A stretch of 62,943 nucleotides of DNA, counting the filler, from Octopus bimaculoides (taxonomy: Eukaryota), in assembly GCF_001194135.2 (NCBI RefSeq). It is 7 parts of 7 records of this genome, joined end to end, with 100 filler letters (N's around TTAATTAATTAA, not from the genome) between each part and the next. Parts side by side here need not be neighbours in the genome. Positions count along the whole stretch, not along the records: positions 52,071 to 58,962 come from NC_068983.1; positions 59,063 to 62,943 come from NC_069009.1; 5 more parts are not named here. The stretch is one strand, 5' to 3'. Below, one piece after another: positions 53,558 to 62,943 of this stretch. The notes beneath the pieces are model-generated. The model saw only the letters and a program-made list of their open reading frames with translations. It made no database searches and had not been told where the DNA came from. A program made the translations under genes and the position numbers. The stretch's first letter is position 1. Every line of letters begins with the position of its first letter.

Positions 53558-54445
53558 AACCATTTGGCGATGGAGTGGTCGCTACTGACAAACCTGCAAT
53601 TTAACATGCGAAACTAGTCTAGATTAGTGATATGGCTTCGCTTATGTAACGGTTATCTCCCCTGTCAGTATATGAAAATGCGCTTTTTTAAACTCTTATT
53701 TCAGGCAATACAAGTGCTACCCAGCACTCTCAGACACAGTGAGAATTGAATATTTCCTTTTGGGTTTTATATTAGCATCTTATTGAAAAAACTCCAAGCA
53801 CAAACCCTCTTGTGAGCGCCTTGGGAGTAGAAAAGGCTATGAGAGTCAATCACGACAACAAATCTGGAAGTGGCGTGCCTCGGGCGGTCCGGCGTCCTCT
53901 TTTGTCACTCGTCCAGGCAATACCAGGGTAGATGGAGCTCTCCAACCATGTAAAGCAATTCACCTTGGAAAAAGCTACTCCAATGTAAAACTTGTAGCTT
54001 GTTGGTCACCGCAGCCGTCTTAACCCGCTGAGCCACAGTAGTCAATCAAACCTGTAAATCTAAAGAGCGACATCGGATTGCGCAGACTGGCTCTCACCTT
54101 AAAACTACCAAGTACAGGCAGGAATAAAAACCCTGCAACGTCGAGGATTGATTTACGTAGCTTCTTGAGGATGTACCGCACTTCGTCATGATTTTTAGAC
54201 ACGGAGAAACCTCTATCATACATGTATGCTTGTATGAATGGATCTGTGTATGTATGTGTGTGTATATGTGTGTATGCATGTATGTATTATTATACTGAAA
54301 GTATGCATGTATGTATGTATGCATGTATGTGTCATTATACTAAAAGGTGCGGTGCCTGATTTAGAAAAGCTATAGAAATAACTACCTGATGATAAATATT
54401 TACGGGGTTAAAATATTAGAATAAATATTTCAAAAACGAGAGAGA

Positions 54446-54522
<77 letters not shown>

Positions 54523-54544
54523 NNNNNNNNNNNNNNNNNNNNNN

Positions 54545-54602
<58 letters not shown>

Positions 54603-54723
54603 TAGAGGGAGAGATAGAGAAAGAGGGAGAGAGTTACAGCTTTTTGAGGATAGCTCTTTCTTCTAACTTTCTTTTTAACTTACTTTTCAAATAAACAATA
54701 TCAGACATCAGGTTAATTCGGCA

Positions 54724-54855
54724 ATGAAAAGGCACGCTGTAATCGTTGCCTTAAAAATGCAACATAGTGATACAGAGATAGCTCGCTTCTTGAAAGTCGC
54801 CGGATCCTTCGTTGCCAAATTTCAAAAAGAACTGGAATCTTGTTTTGAACTTTGA
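54724..54855 (+). pseudogene. maT-type transposase N-terminal (HTH) fragment
   Basis: MKRHAVIVALKMQHSDTEIARFLKVAGSFVAKFQKELES*; recognised by similarity from memory only. Confidence 0.6.
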
Positions 54856-55349
54856 CAACGAAATCCCTAGATAAGCAATGTGATATCCGCTTTATAAGGA
54901 CTGTACCCAGTCTTTCTTCTTCAGTACCATCTCTTTGGAAAATCCTACCCTCATTCAGCATTCACCTACACAGAAGTTAAAATCATTCATCGACAGTATC
55001 AATATCATCATTCTCAAAGTATTTGAAAGGGTCATGGCCACAGCGCCTTTCTTTTTGACAAAACCATTAAAACATAATAAAAAGAATAAAAAGAAACATT
55101 AAGAGATTTTCACGCAACATGTAACACATTTTAGTGTAATACAAAATATAATATTCATAAGCACAATTTGTTTTTTTTACTACACGGGTATTTTTAAATG
55201 AATCGTCAAGAAAATAATAAACCAATTGCCAGTCAGAGTTCCCACCTAAATCCATATTTATTGTGTAACCGATAACGTTTTGCCAAGCCCCTTCCTATCA
55301 GGATTCGATAAGAATCATGATTATTAGCTCAAGGTGCAATTGAAGGTGT

Positions 55350-55985
55350 AGTTTCTAACACTATATACATACATACATACATACCTACATACATACATAT
55401 ACTATACATACATACATACATACATACATACATACATACACATACATACATACATGCATGCATAACTACATACATACATACAATATGGCCGTCCACTCGT
55501 GACCATTGCCGACCTTCAGGAACATTGTGTGCTCTAGGACTAACATATATTTTGCATTTGCGGCTCCGTTGACAAGCATACACGACTGCAAACATTGCAG
55601 ACCAAGCTTTCCCCATTTACTATACGATCCGTGCGCTTTCGCGCAGTTCGCTTAAGTTCTTCATGCTGGATACGTGCTCTCTCAAAAGTGTCGATCCCCT
55701 CCTTAACCTGCTTCCTCCATCTGTGGCGATGACAGGCATTGTTCTCCCAGTCAGTGTCCTGCATATCACAGGCCTTTAATGAGGACTTGACACAGTCCTT
55801 AAATCGCAGCCTTGGTTTCTGCCGGAGTCTCCTTCTATTCACAAGTTCTCCATATAGCATCTGCTTAGGAATCCTGCTATCCTTCACTCTAATAAGGTGT
55901 CCAGTCCAACGTAACCGTTGCTTGTGCACCATTGCCTCAATACTCAAGATATCAGCTGTCCTCAGGACCTGTGTGTCTGGAATTT
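55350..55985 (-). mobile_element. 5'-truncated RTE-BovB-like LINE with C-terminal CxxC and (TGTA)n tail
   Basis: SIEAMVHKQRLRWTGHLIRVKDSRIPKQMLYGEL...RFKDCVKSSLK...CNVCSRVC; TACA repeats on both sides. Confidence 0.92.
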
Positions 55986-56437
55986 TTTAGGTCATACATA
56001 CATACATACATGTAGGTAATTAGGTCCAATGAGTCTAGACTGTAACTAAAAATTTTATAATATTGGTAAATGAATGTGAAACTGATATTTATTTTTTGGT
56101 AGTTGAATTCTCAACATAGCTCAGAACTTTTCCTCAATCACAGCCGGAGATCATGTTGTAGCTTGATACTCTGAAACGGTATTAATCTATGAGGCAGCTA
56201 GTACGCAGTCATCTGACCTGCTAAAAATAGCAGCCAAGTATCCATCATATCACACGATTTTGATAAAGGAAAAGTAGAGATTTGATAATGTGTATCTGAA
56301 TAAAATATGTCTGAAAAAAGAAAAGAAAGGATGGTTACAGTTGTGACGTCTTTGATCATAGATTTGGTGAAGAAGAGCTGAAGTGTGGATAAACAACAAC
56401 AACATTTAAAATAATTGTTCTGTATTAAAATACGATA

Positions 56438-56804
56438 TAAACAAGCCAGTAATGAATCTCTACGGGACCATTCGACCTGATTGAAATAATATCCCAAATC
56501 GCTAACAAATTACACCTTACTGTCCTGAAAAAGAAGGATACATTGGAAAATGTAGTTCCAGATCAGTGGTTCTCAAACTATGGTCATCTAACTCTTGGGG
56601 TCTGCAAAGGTATTGAAGATTTAAACAAGCTAGTAATGAATCTCTACGGGACCATTCGACCTGATTGAAATAGTATCCCAAATCGCTAACAAATTACACC
56701 TTACTGTCCTGAAAAAGAAGGATACATTGGAAAATGTAGTTCCAGATCAGAGGTTCTCAAACTATGGTCATCTAACTCTTGGGGTCTGCAAAGGTATTGA
56801 AGAT
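56438..56804 (+). repeat. 184-bp near-identical tandem duplication (SINE-C piece plus hAT left end)
   Basis: Units start at 56438 and 56622; about 3 substitutions. Confidence 0.92.
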
Positions 56805-56917
56805 CCATGAGCTGAGTTCAATATTTGAGAAAATAGACATTTAAAAAAGGGCGAGGTCGGTGAGAAAATTCACTTAAATAAAAGGGGTTCTTGGTAGTGT
56901 AAAGGTAAGGACCTCTG
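56748..56917 (+). mobile_element. hAT/Charlie-like MITE inserted in a SINE
   Basis: CAG(T/A)GGTTCTCAA...AGGACCTCTG ends; 8-bp flanks ttccagat / tccaagat (6/8), resembling NTCTAGAN. Confidence 0.6.
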
Positions 56918-58090
56918 TCCAAGATATACAAGGTCTGAAAAAAGGATTAACAAAAAATTTGGCAGTTATTTCTAGCCAGTTTGTCAGCTACCTAGAGATT
57001 CCTTTATTGGTTCTTTTATCTAGAGTGAACTGGTAGTCACTCTGGCAAATAACTGAATATCTAGTTACCATAGACGGTTAATTTCCTATCAGTTGCTCTG
57101 TAGGTATTGTTTTTATGTAGTACGCTATAGACTTATTGAGCTATGGATTCGTCAAATCTACATTCAGTTTTTCTCGTCAGTTTCGAAATGAAATATCCAA
57201 AGTGAAGCAGCAGAATCCGAAAAAACTAAACATGTTATACATTGGAAAATAATGGTTTCAGATTTTGGCACAACGTCAGCAACTTTAGGGTAGGGGGGCT
57301 AAGTCGTTTACATCGACCACAGTATTCAACCGGTACTTATTCTATTGGTTCTGAGAGAATGAAAGGCAAAAACTGACCTTCAGCGGAGTTTGAGCCCAGA
57401 AGGTAAAGAACTGGAAGAAATACCATCAAGCATTTTGTCCGACGCAGTAACGATTTTGTCTGCTCGCTGTATTGGAGAATGATAAATTCAAATTAATGAG
57501 GTTTTACAATTAATTAAAAAGAAACTTCACGGTATCAGTGTAGTAAAAAACACCTTCATCATACGCTACTTTCTGTAGAAAAGCAGGGACCCATAATTTT
57601 AGGCTTCCCACTCCTCACGGTAGTTGAATGTAGATACATTCCATGAATTCGCCTTTGGAATCAGTTTGTCGTGAAGAAGAGAAGAGGTTTGACGTTTCGG
57701 GTAATTGCCCTGCAAATCTTTCCAGTAATTTCCCCGTAATATAGTGTGAATTCTTGCAGGTGACAAGTACAGATTCAAAAGAAAAAATAGGACATTTACA
57801 AAAGAATCAAACATCTCTTATTTTGAAATGGATATTTAACTATGAATTACGTAAAATAAAGACGGAAATGCATCGTCTAATGGGTTTTAAGGTAAATAAT
57901 ACAATAAAAATAATGGGTTGGTAAGCTTGTATTCTTATCTCTTTCTTAACACATTGGTTAACGTCTTTTAATGCATTAAAGTTACAAAACATCACAAGAT
58001 ATTTTGTCTTTGAAGAGGAAATATCACACACGCACATACACGTATATATGTATGTATGTATGTTTGTATGTATGTATATATATATATATA

Positions 58091-58121
<31 letters not shown>

Positions 58122-58795
58122 GCACACATGCACACATATGTATATATACAAGGACAGAGAAAGAGAGTGAGAGAGAGAGAGAGAGAAAGAAAAAGAGAGA
58201 GAAGGGAGGGAGGGAGGAATGCATGTGTGTAGGAACACCATAAATGCTTGTAAATAAGGAACATATGACTGGATTAGTTCTGCTGAGGGAAATTTTGACA
58301 ATCTCAGCTACTGGAATGGATACACTCGATTCCAAACACTTTATATTGTAAAGAAAGCTTTTGAATTCGTATGTGAAAACTATGGTGTGAAAGACGACTA
58401 CACAAATCAAATGTGAAAACAAAAATCAAAAATCAATCAATGTACAAGGGTTTATTTCAAAACCTTCCAACCCAACATATATTAGTAAGTATACAGGCAT
58501 TGTGTGAAAATCATTGTTGTCCCTCCAAATATATTTTGAGATGGGAATTTATCACTTTGATGACATATCAAAATTCGCTTTCCAGAAAGATTTTTACATT
58601 ATACTACAGGAGGTACTAGAAAGATCTCGAATACAGTTGTTCGCATTTTATAGAAAGATACTAACTGGATTGTTTATTTCTATCAATGATTGGTGTGTGT
58701 CAGTGTGTTTAATTGATTTGTAGTAAACTTAGTACACAAACACGTTAGATAGATAGATAAATAGATAAATATATAGATATATAGACAAATATAAT

Positions 58796-58854
<59 letters not shown>

Positions 58855-58891
58855 GGATGGATGGATGGATGGATGGATGGATGGATGGATG

Positions 58892-58935
<44 letters not shown>

Positions 58936-59062
58936 TGTTTCTTTATTAGCCACACAGGGCTCNNNNNNNNNNNNNNNNNNNNNNNNNNNNNNNNNNNNNN
59001 NNNNNNTTAATTAATTAANNNNNNNNNNNNNNNNNNNNNNNNNNNNNNNNNNNNNNNNNNNN

Positions 59063-59340
59063 TCTGCCAGATCAGATTGAAGCCTGGTGTTGCCATCTGG
59101 TTCTCCAGTCCTCAGTCAAATCGTCCAACCCATGCTAGCATGGAAAGTGGATGTTAAACGATGATGATGATATATATATATATAAACTACACTCTCAGAG
59201 TGGTTGGCGTTAGGAAGGGCATCCAGCCGTAGAAACTCTGCCAGATCAGATTGGAGCCTGGTGCAGCCTTCTGGCTTTCTAGACCTCAGTCAAACCGTCC
59301 AACCCATGCCAGCATGGAAAGCGGACATTAAATGATGATA
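59063..59340 (+). mobile_element. Two tandem RTE 3'-tail units
   Basis: Each ends ccaacccatg.agcatggaaag.ggat/cgttaaa(tga)n; matches 7450-7625. Confidence 0.88.
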
Positions 59341-60718
59341 ATGTGTGAGTGTGTGTATATGTGTATATATATGTGTGGGGCTGTGTCTATGTGTATATAT
59401 ATGTGTGGGGCTGTGTGTATGTGTATATATATATGTGTGTGGGGCTGTGTATATGTGTATATATATGTGTGGAGCTGTGTATATGTGTATATATATATGT
59501 GTGTGGGGCTGTGTATATGTGTATATATATGTGTGGAGCTGTGTATATGTGTATATATATGTGTGGGGCTGTGTGTATGTGTATATATNNNNNNNNNNNN
59601 NNNNNNNNNNNNNNNNNNNNNNNNNNNNNNNNNNNNNNNNNNNNNNNNNNNNNNNNNNNNNNNNNNNNNNNNNNNNNNNNNNNNNNNNNNNNNNNNNNNN
59701 NNNNNNNNNNNNNNNNNNNNNNNNNNNNNNNNNNNNNNNNNNNNNNNNNNNNNNNNNNNNNNNNNNNNNNNNNNNNNNNNNNNNNNNNNNNNNNNNNNNN
59801 NNNNNNNNNNNNNNNNNNNNNNNNNNNNNNNNNNNNNNNNNNNNNNNNNNNNNNNNNNNNNNNNNNNNNNNNNNNNNNNNNNNNNNNNNNNNNNNNNNNN
59901 NNNNNNNNNNNNNNNNNNNNNNNNNNNNNNNNNNNNNNNNNNNNNNNNNNNNNNNNNNNNNNNNNNNNNNNNNNNNNNNNNNNNNNNNNNNNNNNNNNNN
60001 NNNNNNNNNNNNNNNNNNNNNNNNNNNNNNNNNNNNNNNNNNNNNNNNNNNNNNNNNNNNNNNNNNNNNNNNNNNNNNNNNNNNNNNNNNNNNNNNNNNN
60101 NNNNNNNNNNNNNNNNNNNNNNNNNNNNNNNNNNNNNNNNNNNNNNNNNNNNNNNNNNNNNNNNNNNNNNNNNNNNNNNNNNNNNNNNNNNNNNNNNNNN
60201 NNNNNNNNNNNNNNNNNNNNNNNNNNNNNNNNNNNNNNNNNNNNNNNNNNNNNNNNNNNNNNNNNNNNNNNNNNNNNNNNNNNNNNNNNNNNNNNNNNNN
60301 NNNNNNNNNNNNNNNNNNNNNNNNNNNNNNNNNNNNNNNNNNNNNNNNNNNNNNNNNNNNNNNNNNNNNNNNNNNNNNNNNNNNNNNNNNNNNNNNNNNN
60401 NNNNNNNNNNNNNNNNNNNNNNNNNNNNNNNNNNNNNNNNNNNNNNNNNNNNNNNNNNNNNNNNNNNNNNNNNNNNNNNNNNNNNNNNNNNNNNNNNNNN
60501 NNNNNNNNNNNNNNNNNNNNNNNNNNNNNNNNNNNNNNNNNTGTGTGAGTGTGTGTATGTGTATATATATGTGTGGGGCTGTGTCTATGTGTATATGTAT
60601 GTGTGGGGCTGTGTGTATGTGTATATATATATGTGTGTGGGGCTGTGTATATGTGTATATGTATGTGTGGGGCTGTGTATATGTGTATATGTATGTGTGG
60701 GGCTGTGTGTATGTGTAT
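59341..60718. repeat. ~30-34-bp TG/TA-derived minisatellite with GGGGCT anchor, spanning a gap
   Basis: (gtgtatatgtgtatatatatgtgtggggct)n variants. Confidence 0.92.
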
Positions 60719-60743
60719 GTATATCCCTCTCTCTCTCTTCTTG

Positions 60744-60775
<32 letters not shown>

Positions 60776-61734
60776 TCTCACACACATATACACACACACT
60801 ACCAAGTATACACAGAAGCAGCCGTGTACATTCAGGAAGCTATTCTCACCTCCGCTTTTATTGTTGTCGATGTCGTCATCGTCAGCATTTCCTGCCCTGG
60901 CCATCCCCTCTGCCATTGCCAGCTGCTCTACTGCAATACACACGCACGCACACACCACTACCACCACCGCAACCACTACCGCTACGACTGTCGTCATTAC
61001 AACTGCTACCACCTCCACCACTGCTACCTTTGTAAGCACAAGCACCACCACCCCTACTACAACAAACACTCACACCACCACCATGGCCACCATACCACAA
61101 GCATCCAAAGCAACGATATGCACACACACACACACACAGACATACATATACACACCCTCTCTCTCTCTCACACATTGACACACACACACACACACTTTCT
61201 CTCTCACACACACACACACATACTTTCTCTCACACACTCTCTCACACATACACACACTATCCCTCTCACATACATACTTTGTCTCACACACACATACACA
61301 CACTCTCACACACACATACACACACTATCCCTCTCACATACACACTTTGTCTCACACCCACACACTTTCTCTCACACACACACACTCTGATACATACTCT
61401 CTCATACACACACACTCTCTATCTCTCACACACGCACGCACGTACCTGCACCAGTTGCATACCAGCCACACCACCGAGATCTTATCTCACAAAATCAGGT
61501 ATAAATATTCATAGAATTGATCCAGCATTGATCAAGACGAAGATCTGCTCGTTGATTAATTAATGCAAATGCATTCAGAAGATCAATAACAGATTCCCCG
61601 CCCCCACCTCTAGCAGCTGTGACAAACCAAATTGTCGTGTGTCAACTATATACTGTCTTCCAACTAGGACCACCTCTTCTGGTGTCTAAGGTTTTCTGTG
61701 TAAGAAAACTTTGGCTATTGATATTAAATATTAT

Positions 61735-61862
61735 ATATACTGTACATTAGATAATGTAGTCCTACATACACTATGCGTGAATAAAAGATGGGATGGCCAC
61801 AGCTAGGACGGCTGTGATCATAGGTCTGTCTGGATCAAGACTGACCTGGGGCTAAACAAAAA
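61735..61862 (+). mobile_element. SINE family C 3' tail
   Basis: acattagataatgtagtcc...gatcataggtctg...ctgacctggggctaaacaaa; start re-duplicated at 61887-61917. Confidence 0.6.
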
Positions 61863-62063
61863 CTAGAGCCACTAATACTAACTACTATACTGTACATTAG
61901 ATAATGTAGTCCAAGATANNNNNNNNNNNNNNNNNNNNNNNNNNNNNNNNNNNNNNNNNNNNNNNNNNNNNNNNNNNNNNNNNNNNNNNNNNNNNNNNNN
62001 NNNNNNNNNNNNNNNNNNCACACACACACACATACATACACACACACACACATTCATATTTCA

Positions 62064-62144
62064 GGCTCTGACGAAGCTATAAGGTGTTACTCAAGCACTT
62101 GTCTCTGAGTCCACCGTATCTTATAGCAGAAACAGTTGTAAGCT
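62064..62144 (+). ncRNA. Type-I hammerhead ribozyme motif with extended stem II
   Basis: GGCT-CTGACGA-a-GCTATAAG...(36 nt)...CTTATAGC-a-GAAA-CAGTTG-TA-AGCT; core intact, A.A opposition at the base of stem II, near-palindromic stem III. Confidence 0.7.
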
Positions 62145-62581
62145 AATGAAGTTCAAAAGATAATTGCTAATTCCTTTGTCATCCCATTTCCACACACACA
62201 CACACACGTGTGCACGCACATGCAAACTTACATTATATATATATACATACACACACACACACACATATGTATGCATGTATGTATATATATATATTTTATA
62301 TATATATGCATATATACACACACACACATATATATATATATACACACATGTATGTATGTATATATATATATATATGTATATAAACACACATATGTACAAG
62401 TGATATATAAACATATAAACACACATGCACATATATATACAGACACACACACACATATAAATGCTTTATATATAAATATATATATTATACATCCACACAT
62501 ATACACACTCACGCATATAAATCCTGCCCCCCTATACACACTCACACGCACAAATACTGGTAGTCACTGAGTCTGTGTGAG

Positions 62582-62760
62582 GGGTCAAAGGTCAGTGGTC
62601 ACTCAACATTTGGTCAAATATCAGTGGTCACTTAAAAAACTAGTCAGAAGTCAGTGGTCACTCAACAATTGGTCAGATGTCAGAGGTCACTCAACAACTG
62701 GTCAGGTCAGTGGTCACTCAACAATTGGTCAGAGGTCAGTGGTCACTCAACAGCTGGTCT
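62582..62760 (+). repeat. Six 27-30-bp tandem units rich in GGTCA
   Basis: gtcagtggtcactcaaca(a/t)ttggtcag variants starting near 62591, 62620, 62650, 62679, 62706, 62735. Confidence 0.85.
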
Positions 62761-62943
62761 CAGGACTGAAAATGTCAGTGACTGAATTCGTTGGTGGCTG
62801 TGTATGTAAGCGAGGCTGGTCAGCCTTTCTGCAGTGGTTGGTCAGTGAGTGGTCAAGCAACATGTTTGGCCAGAGTATTAAGGGCTCAGCATTAGGAGGA
62901 TATAGTCTGGTTAGTGGAAAATCTCACCAATGCCCCCCCCCCC

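Noticed and set aside
54631-54667. Hammerhead-like relic on minus (..GAAGA-A-GAG..CTC-AAAAAGCTGTA)
   Set aside because: Both core boxes are mutated; too degenerate to call.
60820-61110. His/Cys/Thr-rich ORF segment
   Set aside because: Degenerate CAC/TAC triplet low-complexity sequence open in several frames, with no splice or start context.

Overview
Repeat-saturated, AT-rich eukaryotic non-coding DNA with about 5.5 kb of N gaps. It is most likely a coleoid cephalopod (Octopus-like) draft assembly; this is inferred from the SINE and LINE repertoire and the extreme microsatellite density, not from a database search. No host protein-coding gene could be identified, apart from one weak micro-exon candidate. 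Most ORF-track entries are microsatellite translations or run through gaps. Recognisable coding remnants are all transposon-derived: RTE, RTE-BovB, CR1-group and R4/Dong LINEs, Penelope-like (PLE) RT and GIY-YIG pieces, and three IS630-Tc1-mariner clades (DD34E, DD37D, DD41D). There are also many tRNA-derived SINEs, MITEs, foldbacks and satellites. The most notable observation is two minimal type-I hammerhead ribozyme motifs embedded in microsatellites (14907-14954 minus; 62064-62144 plus), plus degenerate relatives. One sits inside a 188-bp cassette bounded by 23-bp inverted repeats, next to a PLE fragment that is itself bracketed by a 58-bp inverted repeat. This suggests a microsatellite-anchored, ribozyme-bearing non-autonomous element family. 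All structural and family calls are by eye and need computational confirmation.
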